A stretch of DNA of 64,000 nucleotides from an uncultured bacterium (GTDB lineage: Bacteria; Fidelibacterota; Marinisomatia; Marinisomatales; JAHJCW01). The position numbers were made by a program, and so were the translations under genes. Below the pieces are notes generated by a model that had not been told where the DNA came from, did not search any database, and worked only from the letters and a program-made list of their open reading frames with translations. Below are positions 41,439-51,385 of the stretch, one piece after another. Location of the stretch: contig CBDURO010000003.1 in the NCBI GenBank assembly GCA_965369995.1, positions 8,292 through 72,291 on the forward strand, read 5' to 3'. Within the stretch, counting starts at the first letter, position 1. Every line of letters begins with the position of its first letter.

Positions 41439-42472
41439 AAAAAATTGATTATAAATCAGCCGGTGTGGATATTGACGCAGGCAATCAAGCTGTTGTTCTC
41501 ATTAAAGACTCGGTAAAAAGCACTTTTAATAAGAATGTACTCACAGATATTGGAAGTTTTGGTTCCTTGTACAATCTGAAAAATGCAATTGCCAATTATG
41601 ATCATCCCGTTTTAGTACAAAGCATTGATGGTGTTGGTACCAAAACTATTATTGCTCGCAAGATGGAAAAATATAACACCATTGGCATTGATCTTGTAAG
41701 TGCATGTTGTAACGACATAATTGTTATGGGAGCGCATCCGTTGACATTTTTAGATTATATCGCCAACGACAAGTTGAATCCAATGATTATTAAAGAAATT
41801 GTTGGTGGGATGGCTGCTGCTTGTCGCGAAAATAATATCGCATTAGTCGGTGGCGAGACCGCCGAAATGCCTGATACATACCTTTCCGGCGAACATGATT
41901 TAGTCGGAGTAATTACGGGAATAGTTGATAAAAAGAATATTATTGACGGTTCAAAGATCCGTAAAGGTGACGTGGTATTGGGACTACCCTCAACCGGCTT
42001 ACAAACAAATGGCTATTCTTTAGCAAGAAAACTGTTTTTTGAAGTAGGGCAGTACAAAGTATATGACACATTGCCCGACCTTGATAAATCAATTGGAGAA
42101 ACACTTTTAGCGCCATCTTACATTTACAATAATTTTATTCAACTGCTGTTGAAGGATAAAATCCAAATCAATGGAATGGCGCATATTTCCGGTGGTGGTT
42201 TGGTTGAAAATATCCCTAGAATTTTGTCATCCGATTGCGCTATTGAAATCAAAAAAGACAGTTGGCCTGTTTTACCGGTTTTTAAAGTAATGCAAGAAAT
42301 CGGCAATATTGATGAAAATGAAATGTATCGAACATTCAATATGGGAATTGGTATGGTTTTGGTTGTCCCATATACCGTAAAACAAAAAATGTTTTCTATA
42401 CTCAAGGGAAAGATCGCTGTATATGAAATCGGCAAAATTATTCAGGGAATACCCAGAGTTACATTCATATAA
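41435..42472 (+). CDS. purM: phosphoribosylformylglycinamidine cyclo-ligase (AIR synthetase)
   Basis: YKSAGVDIDAGN, DGVGTK, GGETAEMP. Confidence 0.96.
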   Translation: MKKIDYKSAGVDIDAGNQAVVLIKDSVKSTFNKNVLTDIGSFGSLYNLKNAIANYDHPVLVQSIDGVGTKTIIARKMEKYNTIGIDLVSACCNDIIVMGAHPLTFLDYIANDKLNPMIIKEIVGGMAAACRENNIALVGGETAEMPDTYLSGEHDLVGVITGIVDKKNIIDGSKIRKGDVVLGLPSTGLQTNGYSLARKLFFEVGQYKVYDTLPDLDKSIGETLLAPSYIYNNFIQLLLKDKIQINGMAHISGGGLVENIPRILSSDCAIEIKKDSWPVLPVFKVMQEIGNIDENEMYRTFNMGIGMVLVVPYTVKQKMFSILKGKIAVYEIGKIIQGIPRVTFI

Positions 42473-43747
42473 ATGTTGAATAAATCAATAAAAATAGCCG
42501 TTATTCTATTTCCCGGTACTAATACCGAGAGAGAAACATTCATGGCTGTAAGGCGCGCAGGTATGGAGCCAATTGAATTCTTATGGAATAATGATTATAA
42601 GATTTTAGAGAAATGTAGTGGATATATAATTGCCGGAGGATTCTCTTATGAAGATCGTTCACGAGCAGGTATTATTGCCTCATTAGATCCACTTATGAAA
42701 GAAATCCGTAAACAAGCAGAAAAAGGGAAACCTGTTCTGGGTATTTGTAATGGAGCTCAAATTTTAGTCGAGTCAGGCATGGTTCCCAGTCTAAAAAACT
42801 ATCAACTCGGTATAGCACTAACGGATAATAAAAGAACTAAAGAAGGTCACGTATTGGGTACTGGTTATTATAACAATTGGGCACATTTATTTCTTTCCGT
42901 TCCAAGCCGCAGAACTGCTTTCACGCGGCATTTACTGCCGGAACAATACATTCACATTCCATTTGCTCATGCTGAAGGTCGTTTCGTAATACCGGAAATG
43001 TTGTTAGCGGAATTAATAGAGAATCAACAAACAGTATTCCGCTATGGCGATAGCGATGGAAATATCACAGCTGAATTTCCGACAAATCCTAATGGATCAA
43101 TCTACAATTTAGCAGCGGTATGCAACCCGCAGGGAAACGTGATGGCACTAATGCCTCATCCCGAGAGGACAGCAAATGGCGATGTAATTTTTACATCAAT
43201 GCGCGAATACATTGTAGAAAACACCGAACCACAGAATACAGCTCTTACATATTCTGCAAATAAATACGAGATTAAACCATACAAATCCGATTTAAACTCA
43301 ATAGAATGGTTCGTTGAGTTAATTATCATTGATAACGAGGCTCTGTCGGTTCAAAACGCGTTAGACCATTTACAAATACCGGTAACCGTAAGTAAACAAA
43401 ATTATTGGCAAATTGTTCTGAACTCTGATACTTCACATGAACTAGAAAATACAATTATCAAATCAGGTGAACTTTTTAATTCAAACAAGGAACGCTTAGT
43501 TAAATTTCAGATTCAACCTAAAACTGCTTATTTTCTTGTCCGTCCAAAGGAAGATTTATTGGGTCGCCAAAAAAAAGAAATCCTTAGACATCACTTTCAA
43601 ATTAAAAACTTACAAGATATCCAGAGTGGTGTCCTTTGGAAATTAACTGTCGAAGATGATAATTATAAAGAGACATTGAATACAGCTCTAAAAACAAATA
43701 TCTTTTTTAATCCATTTTCCCATGATTGCTATGAAATACAAAAATAA
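42473..43747 (+). CDS. purQ: FGAM synthase glutaminase PurQ fused to two C-terminal PurS-like modules
   Basis: Residues 1-245 are PurQ (GICNGAQIL catalytic Cys, MPHPER). Residues 277-346 and 350-422 each resemble the roughly 80-aa PurS fold pattern (SVQNALDHL / ELFNSNKERL; ILRHHF / IFFNPFSHDCYEI). Confidence 0.85.
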   Translation: MLNKSIKIAVILFPGTNTERETFMAVRRAGMEPIEFLWNNDYKILEKCSGYIIAGGFSYEDRSRAGIIASLDPLMKEIRKQAEKGKPVLGICNGAQILVESGMVPSLKNYQLGIALTDNKRTKEGHVLGTGYYNNWAHLFLSVPSRRTAFTRHLLPEQYIHIPFAHAEGRFVIPEMLLAELIENQQTVFRYGDSDGNITAEFPTNPNGSIYNLAAVCNPQGNVMALMPHPERTANGDVIFTSMREYIVENTEPQNTALTYSANKYEIKPYKSDLNSIEWFVELIIIDNEALSVQNALDHLQIPVTVSKQNYWQIVLNSDTSHELENTIIKSGELFNSNKERLVKFQIQPKTAYFLVRPKEDLLGRQKKEILRHHFQIKNLQDIQSGVLWKLTVEDDNYKETLNTALKTNIFFNPFSHDCYEIQK

Positions 43748-44708
43748 TTACAGTGAACGAATCCGTAAAGAATTAAATAACTGTATTACAGAAACTAACC
43801 TGCCTCTCGGAAAAAAATATCGCGGTAAAGTACGCGATGTTTACGATATTGGTGATAGACTAATATTAGTCACAACTGATCGCCAAAGTGCTTTCGATCG
43901 CATTTTAGCGGCAATACCATTCAAAGGACAAGTGCTGAATCTTACAAGCGCCTGGTGGTTCGAGCAAACCAAACATATTGTAAAAAATCATGTCGTAGCT
44001 TTGCCTGATCCCAATGTGATTGTTGCAGAAAAATGCGAAGTATTTCCAATAGAATTTGTTGTACGTGGATACATAACAGGCTCAACATCAACATCTTTGT
44101 GGACAGTATATAAAAACGGCTCCCGAAATTATTGCGGAATAAATTTGCCGGAAGGAATGGTCAAAAATCAATTGCTAAGCACTCCTTTGCTTACACCAAC
44201 AACAAAGGAAAAAGATCATGACAGACCGATTAGCTTAGAAGAAATAATTTCCGAAGAATGGATGACTAAAGATGATTGGGAAATAGCAAGTAAAATCGCA
44301 CTACAATTATTTACTTTTGGACAGAAAAAGGCTCTTGAAAACGGATTGATTTTAGTCGACACAAAATATGAATTAGGTCGAGATAGCAATGGAAATATCA
44401 TCCTTGTTGATGAAATTCACACACCAGATTCAAGCCGTTACTGGATTGCCGATACATACGATGACCGTTTCAATAGTGGAAAAGAGCCTCAAAATATTGA
44501 TAAAGAATTCTTACGTTTATGGTTTGTAGATAATTGCGATCCATATAATGATGAAGTTTTGCCGCCCGCCCCGAAAGATTTAATCATTGAATTATCCCAA
44601 CGTTATATTTTTCTGTACGAAACAATAACGGGAAATAGATTTAAATTTCCTGTGAAAAATTTGTCTGCTCATAAACGATTAATTTCAAATTTAAAGGAAT
44701 ATTTATGA
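43722..44708 (+). CDS. purC: SAICAR synthetase (long form)
   Basis: RGKVRDVY, VTTDRQSAFD, GYITGS, LVDTKYELG; the start may be the Met at 43731. Confidence 0.93.
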   Translation: MIAMKYKNNYSERIRKELNNCITETNLPLGKKYRGKVRDVYDIGDRLILVTTDRQSAFDRILAAIPFKGQVLNLTSAWWFEQTKHIVKNHVVALPDPNVIVAEKCEVFPIEFVVRGYITGSTSTSLWTVYKNGSRNYCGINLPEGMVKNQLLSTPLLTPTTKEKDHDRPISLEEIISEEWMTKDDWEIASKIALQLFTFGQKKALENGLILVDTKYELGRDSNGNIILVDEIHTPDSSRYWIADTYDDRFNSGKEPQNIDKEFLRLWFVDNCDPYNDEVLPPAPKDLIIELSQRYIFLYETITGNRFKFPVKNLSAHKRLISNLKEYL

Positions 44709-45094
44709 AAGTTGTAATAATAATGGGCTCTGAATCTGACCGGAGCTTTACTGAAAAGATAACTGATGCACTAGAAAAATACAAAATTAAGTTTGAGATG
44801 TACGTTGCTTCCGCTCACAAACAACCTTTAGAAGTATTAAATATTATTAAGTCCAATACTGCTAAGAAGGGTGTTGTTTATATCACGATCGCAGGTCGTT
44901 CCAATGCTTTATCGGGCTTTGTAGCTGCTAATTCTGAAAAACCTGTTATAGCCTGTCCGCCATTCAAAGATAAAACCGATATGCTTGTAAATATTCATTC
45001 AACATTGCAAATGCCGAGCAACGCTCCCGTTCTAACGATTTTGGATCCGGGGAATTGTGCTTTAGCAGTTAAAAGAATCTTAGAAGTGGGATAA
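44705..45094 (+). CDS. purE: AIR carboxylase, class II-type PurE, short (129 aa)
   Basis: IIMGSESD, SAHKQP, and AGRSNALSGFVAANSEKPVIACPP (class II AGRSNGL..CPP signature rather than class I AGGAAHLPG); 4-nt overlap with purC. Confidence 0.8.
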   Translation: MKVVIIMGSESDRSFTEKITDALEKYKIKFEMYVASAHKQPLEVLNIIKSNTAKKGVVYITIAGRSNALSGFVAANSEKPVIACPPFKDKTDMLVNIHSTLQMPSNAPVLTILDPGNCALAVKRILEVG

Positions 45095-45115
45095 CCACAG
45101 AGGATATAAAGAAAA

Positions 45116-46468
45116 ATGTTAAGTAACATATCACCAATTGACGGACGCTATGAAAAGGATACTCAGGAATTAAAACTGTTCTTTTCTGAAGAAGCGTTAA
45201 TTAAATATCGTATAAAAATTGAAATAGAATATTTAATTGCTCTTTGCAGTGTTGTTCATATCAAAGAACTGAAGCCGTTATCATCCAGAAAAAAAACAGA
45301 ACTAAGAAATTTCTATAATAAGTTTTCAACTAAGGATGCAAAACGCGTTAAAAAAATTGAAGAGAAAACTAACCATGATGTAAAAGCTGTTGAATATTTC
45401 ATAAGTGAGAAGTTAAAACGTTCGGGGTCAACAAAATTAATTCCATGGATTCACTTTGCACTGACATCGGAAGACGTCAATAATCTTGCATATTCCCTTA
45501 TGTGGCAAGATGGATTAATTCACGTTTATTTCCCAACATTGAAAAAAGTTATATCCAAACTTAAATCTTTAGCAAAAAAATATAACAGTACCGCAATGCT
45601 TGCAATGACTCACGGCCAGCCGGCGACACCAACAACAATAGGTAAAGAATTGGCTGTATTCTGTAATCGCCTACAAAGACAAACAGCATCTATTCGAGAA
45701 CACAAACTGCAAGGTAAACTCGGAGGAGCAACAGGTACGTGGGGAGCTCACATGGCAGCATATCCAAGTGTTGATTGGTTACAATTTACTCAGCGTTTTA
45801 TAAAATCATTAAAACTTGAACCAAACATAATTACAACACAAATTGAATCTCATGATTCTATTGTCGAAAGTTATCAATCAATTATCCGTATCAATTCAAT
45901 CCTGATAGATTTTTGTCAAGATATTTGGGTGTACATTAGTCGTGGAATTTTCCAACAAAAACGCATTGCTGAGGAAATCGGCTCAAGTACAATGCCACAT
46001 AAAATCAATCCTATTAACTTTGAAAATGCAGAAGGCAATCTAGGAATTTCCAATTCGATGCTATCTCATTTTTGTATGAAATTACCAATATCGCGATTGC
46101 AGCGTGATTTATCCGATAGTACAGTATTGCGAAATCAGGGTGTAGCAATGGCTCATTCGCTATTAGCGATTAAAAATATACTTAAAGGGTTAAACCGTTT
46201 GACTGTAAATAAAGAGAAGGTAATAGAAGAATTAGATTCTCATTGGGAAGTGTTAGCTGAAGCGATCCAAACCATCTTACGTAAAAATGGTCAATTTGAT
46301 GCTTATGAAAAGCTAAAAGAATTAACTCGTGGTGAGAAAATTTCGCAGGAAACTATTAAGAATTTTATCAATAGCATTAAATTGTCAAAATCAGACAAAG
46401 AATATTTACTTAGTCTAACACCAGAAACTTACACAGGATTATCCTCAAAATTGGCAGGACTGATATAA
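45116..46468 (+). CDS. purB: adenylosuccinate lyase
   Basis: ISPIDGRY N-terminus; fumarate-lyase signature GSSTMPHKINP. Confidence 0.95.
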   Translation: MLSNISPIDGRYEKDTQELKLFFSEEALIKYRIKIEIEYLIALCSVVHIKELKPLSSRKKTELRNFYNKFSTKDAKRVKKIEEKTNHDVKAVEYFISEKLKRSGSTKLIPWIHFALTSEDVNNLAYSLMWQDGLIHVYFPTLKKVISKLKSLAKKYNSTAMLAMTHGQPATPTTIGKELAVFCNRLQRQTASIREHKLQGKLGGATGTWGAHMAAYPSVDWLQFTQRFIKSLKLEPNIITTQIESHDSIVESYQSIIRINSILIDFCQDIWVYISRGIFQQKRIAEEIGSSTMPHKINPINFENAEGNLGISNSMLSHFCMKLPISRLQRDLSDSTVLRNQGVAMAHSLLAIKNILKGLNRLTVNKEKVIEELDSHWEVLAEAIQTILRKNGQFDAYEKLKELTRGEKISQETIKNFINSIKLSKSDKEYLLSLTPETYTGLSSKLAGLI

Positions 46469-46470
46469 TA

Positions 46471-47946
46471 ATGTGTGGTGTAGTAGGAATAATTTCACAA
46501 AAGCCTGTTGCCAGCGAATTATACGATAGCTTGATATATCTTCAACATCGCGGACAAGACGCGGCGGGGATTATAACATATAACCGCAGATTCCATACCA
46601 AAAAAGGCGTTGGTTATGTAAGAGACATTTTTGATGAACAAAATATGCCTCGACTGAAAGGTAATATCGGCATTGGACATACAAGATATCCAACAACCGG
46701 TAAATATAATAGGGAAGATGCTCAGCCGGTTTGGACAGGAGTTCCTTATGGCATCGCAATGGCTCACAATGGTAATCTTGTTAACTATCAAGAACTATTA
46801 TTAGAATTATCACAAAAGGACGGAAGGCATCTAAATACATCAGTTGATGTTGAAGTAATTTTGCATGTTTTTGCGAGTAAACTAGAACAATTAAGAAATG
46901 CGGACAATAATGGTGACTTTTTCGACCATGTTTGCCAAGCCACACAAGAGGTTCACAAAAGAGTTAGCGGGGCTTATTCTGTAATTTGCACAATTATTGG
47001 CAAAGGAATGATCGTGTTTCGTGATCCTCATGGAATTCGTCCATTAACTAGAGGAGAGCGACTTTCTGCTAACGGAAAAACTGATTACATATTTGCTAGT
47101 GAACCTTCCGTATTTTATTCTTTAGGATTTGAGTCAAAATCCGACGTTGCCCCGGGAGAAGTAATTTATATCTCAGAAGATGGCCAATATCATTCAAAAA
47201 TATTATCTTCAAAGAAATTCACTCCCTGTATATTTGAGTATGTTTATTTTGCTCGACCGGATGCAATCCTCGACGATGTAAGCGTTTATAGATCACGCCT
47301 TAGAATGGGGCAAAATTTGGCTAATGCTTGGAAGGCTGAATATCCTAATGTAACTCCTGATATTATTATACCGGCACCGGCCACATCTAATAATTCCGCA
47401 TTGGCGATGGCAAATGAATTGGGCGTACGATATTCTGAGGGGTTATATAAAAATCCTTTTATCGGTCGCACATTTATAATGCCCGGACAACAAAAACGGA
47501 AAAAATCTATTCGTCATAAACTGGTTCCTCTATCATTTGAGATAAAAGATAAAGATGTAATGATTGTAGATGATAGCATCGTACGCGGGAATACAAGCCA
47601 GGAAATTGTTAAAATGGTACGTGACTTTGGCGCTAATAAAATATATTTTGTTTCTGCTTGTCCACCATTAATCAACCCTTGTTTTTATGGTGTTGATATA
47701 CCAACGCGTTCTGAATTAATTGCGTCGAATATGTCTATCGAAGATATTCGTGGACATTTAGATGTAGATATTTTAATGTATCAAGAATTGGATGATTTGA
47801 TCGAAGCAGTCACAAGAAAAGGTGAGCACGAAATTTACAGACCGTGCGCTGCCTGCCTTGATGGTAATTATGTCACAGGCGATGTTGATAAAAATAAAAT
47901 CACTGTACTTGAAAAACAACGTATAAAAGAGCGGAATTCACTATGA
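46471..47946 (+). CDS. purF: amidophosphoribosyltransferase
   Basis: N-terminal MCGVVGI nucleophile, HTRYPT, PRTase loop VMIVDDSIVRGNTS. Confidence 0.96.
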   Translation: MCGVVGIISQKPVASELYDSLIYLQHRGQDAAGIITYNRRFHTKKGVGYVRDIFDEQNMPRLKGNIGIGHTRYPTTGKYNREDAQPVWTGVPYGIAMAHNGNLVNYQELLLELSQKDGRHLNTSVDVEVILHVFASKLEQLRNADNNGDFFDHVCQATQEVHKRVSGAYSVICTIIGKGMIVFRDPHGIRPLTRGERLSANGKTDYIFASEPSVFYSLGFESKSDVAPGEVIYISEDGQYHSKILSSKKFTPCIFEYVYFARPDAILDDVSVYRSRLRMGQNLANAWKAEYPNVTPDIIIPAPATSNNSALAMANELGVRYSEGLYKNPFIGRTFIMPGQQKRKKSIRHKLVPLSFEIKDKDVMIVDDSIVRGNTSQEIVKMVRDFGANKIYFVSACPPLINPCFYGVDIPTRSELIASNMSIEDIRGHLDVDILMYQELDDLIEAVTRKGEHEIYRPCAACLDGNYVTGDVDKNKITVLEKQRIKERNSL

Positions 47947-49253
47947 ATATCCTAATTGTCGGTTCCGGCGCTCGCGAACATGCTATTGCACGTTCTATTA
48001 AAAAATCAAAGAAACCTAATAAATTATACTGTTTTGCGTCAAATCGAAATCCTGGAATTGAAGAAGTTTCGGAAATTTCAGAAATTGGCAAGACCGCTGA
48101 CCCCAAAGCTGTTTCAAACTTTGCTGCAAATCATTCAATAGATCTGGCAATCATAGGTCCCGAAGCTCCCTTGGCAAGTGGTGTTGTTGATTCGTTGCAG
48201 GAGATTAATATTCAATGTGTGGGTCCAACAAAAAATTTAGCACAAATTGAAACCAGTAAAAGTTTTACGCGCGACTTAATGAGAAAATATAATATTTCGG
48301 GTTGCCCAGACTATCAGACTTTTAATGATCTAACTAACGTATCCGAATATTTACATACATTAGGTGAAAAGTATGTTGTGAAATTCGACGGATTAATGGG
48401 TGGCAAAGGTGTTAAAGTATCCGGAGAACATCTTAAATCTTATGCGGAAGCTCTTGAATATTGTGAACAAATTATCGCAAAGAACGGAAAATTTGTTATT
48501 GAAGAAAAGCTTATTGGAGAAGAGTTTTCATTGATGAGCTTTTGTGATGGTGAACACTTAATCCACATGCCACCTGTTCAAGATCATAAACGTGCCTATG
48601 AAAATGATACCGGCCCCAACACCGGCGGAATGGGTTCTTACAACGATGCCAATCAGACTTTACCATTCCTAACAAACAATGATATTGATTCCGCAAAAGC
48701 GATAAATATCGCAACTGCGAAAGCATTAAAAAAAGAATTTGGAATCGGTTACAAAGGAATCCTTTACGGCGGTTTTATCGCAACCGCTGATGGTGTAAAA
48801 TTAATTGAATACAACGCGCGCTTCGGAGACCCAGAGGCAATGAATGTTTTATCATTATTACAAAGTGACTTTGTTGATGTATGTCTTGGCATAACAAACG
48901 CGACTCTTAACCGATGCGATGTAATGTTCAACAATAAAGTTACCGTGTGTAAATATGCCGTACCGGAGGGTTATCCTGATTCGCCGATTAAAGGTGAACG
49001 CATAGATATATCAAAAGTTGAAAACCCAGACCAATTATACCTTGCTTCCGTTGATTTGGAAAATAATATATTGCTCGAATCCGGCTCAAGGACCGTTGCT
49101 GTTGTTGGTATCGCAGATACACTACAAGAAGCTGAAGCAATTTCCGAAAGTGAAATTAAACGTATTGCAGGACCATTATTTCATCGAAAAGATATCGGCA
49201 CTACTCAGCTGATTAATAAGAGAATTAATCATATGAAGGCTCTGAGAAGTTGA
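47943..49253 (+). CDS. purD: phosphoribosylamine-glycine ligase
   Basis: MNILIVGSGAREHA, ATP-grasp core, EYNARFGDPE. Confidence 0.95.
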   Translation: MNILIVGSGAREHAIARSIKKSKKPNKLYCFASNRNPGIEEVSEISEIGKTADPKAVSNFAANHSIDLAIIGPEAPLASGVVDSLQEINIQCVGPTKNLAQIETSKSFTRDLMRKYNISGCPDYQTFNDLTNVSEYLHTLGEKYVVKFDGLMGGKGVKVSGEHLKSYAEALEYCEQIIAKNGKFVIEEKLIGEEFSLMSFCDGEHLIHMPPVQDHKRAYENDTGPNTGGMGSYNDANQTLPFLTNNDIDSAKAINIATAKALKKEFGIGYKGILYGGFIATADGVKLIEYNARFGDPEAMNVLSLLQSDFVDVCLGITNATLNRCDVMFNNKVTVCKYAVPEGYPDSPIKGERIDISKVENPDQLYLASVDLENNILLESGSRTVAVVGIADTLQEAEAISESEIKRIAGPLFHRKDIGTTQLINKRINHMKALRS

Positions 49254-49840
49254 CGGCAGCTTTGACAAAACTTGGAGTTTTGGGATCTACTAAAGGAACA
49301 GATCTGCAAGCAATTATTGATTCTATAGATCAAAAAAAGTTGGATGCTACTGTTGAAGTAGTTATAAGTAATTCTTTAAATGCTTACATTCTTGAACGTG
49401 CCGCAGATCATAATATACCTAACTTATTTATTTCACATTTAGGTAAAAACCGTGAAGAATTTGACGATGAAATATCAGTAATATTAAAAAAATATAAAGT
49501 CGGTTTAGTACTATTGATTGGATTTATGCGCATCCTTTCATCTAAGTTTTGCCGGGAATGGGAAGGACGCATTCTCAATGTGCATCCTTCTTTATTACCA
49601 AAATACGCTGGTGGAATGGACATGAATGTTCATGAAGAAGTAATTAAAAACAGGGATATGGAAACCGGCTGTACGATTCATTTTGTAACTGAAAAAGTAG
49701 ATAGTGGTCCGATATTAATTCAGAAGAAATGTTCCGTTAATATAAACGACACACCGGATTCATTAAAGAAAAAAGTGCAAACCCTGGAAGGAGAAGCTTT
49801 CATTGATGCTATTAAATTATTTCAAAAAAATATTTATTAA
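49250..49840 (+). CDS. purN: phosphoribosylglycinamide formyltransferase
   Basis: GTDLQAII, NVHPSLLPKYAG, TGCTIHFV; TTG start overlapping the purD stop (exact start uncertain). Confidence 0.9.
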   Translation: MTAALTKLGVLGSTKGTDLQAIIDSIDQKKLDATVEVVISNSLNAYILERAADHNIPNLFISHLGKNREEFDDEISVILKKYKVGLVLLIGFMRILSSKFCREWEGRILNVHPSLLPKYAGGMDMNVHEEVIKNRDMETGCTIHFVTEKVDSGPILIQKKCSVNINDTPDSLKKKVQTLEGEAFIDAIKLFQKNIY

Positions 49841-49846
49841 ATAAAT

Positions 49847-51385
49847 ATGAATAAATCCCTTATAACTATCAAACGAGCACTTATTTCTGTTTATGATAAA
49901 ACAGGTATAGTTAAGTTTGCAAAATATTTAAGAAACAATAGCATTGAAATTCTTTCAACCGGAGGAACGGCTGATCATCTTAGAAAAGCCGGCATTGAAG
50001 TAATTGATGTATCTGATTATACCGGTTTTCCTGAAATTATGGATGGGCGCATTAAAACTATCAATCCTAAAATAGAAGGTGGAATTTTAGGATTGCGTGA
50101 TGTGCACAAATCTGAGGCCGAAACACAAAATATTAAATGGATTGACCTTGTTGTGTGCAATCTTTATCCCTTTGCTGATACAATTAGTAAACTTAATGTT
50201 TCGTTCAGAGAAGCCCTCGAAAATATTGATATCGGTGGGCCGACTATGATTCGTAGCGCAGCAAAAAATATCGGATGGGTTGGGGTGCTTGTTGATTCTT
50301 CAGATTATCAATCAATTATTATTGAATTTGAAGATTTGGGTGGTTTATCTTTCGAATCTCGCAAACTGCTTTCGGCAAAGGCGTTTGGTCACTGTGCTCA
50401 ATATGATACAATCATACATAATTATCTGAAAGATGAGCCACTATCAGACATTTTCTCGCTTTCATTTGAGAAATCCTATGATTTGCGCTACGGAGAAAAC
50501 CCACATCAAAAAGCTGCAGCATATAAAAATCCCATACGCGATAAACAAAATATTATAAACGCAACTATACATCAGGGTAAACGACTATCATATAATAATT
50601 TAATGGATGCGGACGCCGCACTTTTATGTCTTAGAGAATTCTCCGAACCTACATGTGTGGTCGTTAAACACGGCAATCCTTGTGGTGTCGCTTCCGGCGA
50701 TAACATTACCAACGTTTATAAAAAAGCTTTTGACGCGGACTCCAAATCGGCTTTTGGCGGAATAATTGCTCTTAATCGAACCTGCAATAAAACTATCGCT
50801 GAAATAATCAACAAAGTCTTTGTTGAAATTGTAATAGCGCCGAATTATGACTCTACGGCTTTGGAGATATTGTCAAATAAAAAGAATCTACGTGTATTGG
50901 AGATAGGTAAAATCGTTCCTAAAACCAAAAATATTGAGTATCGCTACATTAGTGGCGGACTACTGGTTCAAGAATCCGATGTAAGTACCATTACTGAAGA
51001 TCAATTAAAAACCGTTACAAAAAAGAGGCCGAAAACATCTGAATTAGCCGATATGATATTTGCGTGGAAAGTATTAAAGCATGTCAAATCCAATGCTATA
51101 ATTACTGTTGAGGACAGAATAACTTTGGGGATTGGTGCCGGCCAAGTATCGCGAGTTGATGCAGTTGAACTTGCGCTAAAAAAATCCGGTAATAAATTGG
51201 AAGGTTCTGTTTTAGCGTCCGATGCGTTTTTTCCTTTCCGCGACTCAATCGATTTAATCGCTGATACTGGCGTGACGGCTATTATTCAACCGGGTGGTTC
51301 AATTCGAGATCAGGAAGTTATTCAAGCTTGTAACGAACACGGAATAAAAATGGTATTTACCGGAATACGCTGTTTTAAACATTAA
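49847..51385 (+). CDS. purH: bifunctional AICAR transformylase / IMP cyclohydrolase
   Basis: ALISVYDKTGI, STGGTA, RYGENPHQ, VVKHGNPCGVA, C-terminal RCFKH. Confidence 0.96.
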   Translation: MNKSLITIKRALISVYDKTGIVKFAKYLRNNSIEILSTGGTADHLRKAGIEVIDVSDYTGFPEIMDGRIKTINPKIEGGILGLRDVHKSEAETQNIKWIDLVVCNLYPFADTISKLNVSFREALENIDIGGPTMIRSAAKNIGWVGVLVDSSDYQSIIIEFEDLGGLSFESRKLLSAKAFGHCAQYDTIIHNYLKDEPLSDIFSLSFEKSYDLRYGENPHQKAAAYKNPIRDKQNIINATIHQGKRLSYNNLMDADAALLCLREFSEPTCVVVKHGNPCGVASGDNITNVYKKAFDADSKSAFGGIIALNRTCNKTIAEIINKVFVEIVIAPNYDSTALEILSNKKNLRVLEIGKIVPKTKNIEYRYISGGLLVQESDVSTITEDQLKTVTKKRPKTSELADMIFAWKVLKHVKSNAIITVEDRITLGIGAGQVSRVDAVELALKKSGNKLEGSVLASDAFFPFRDSIDLIADTGVTAIIQPGGSIRDQEVIQACNEHGIKMVFTGIRCFKH

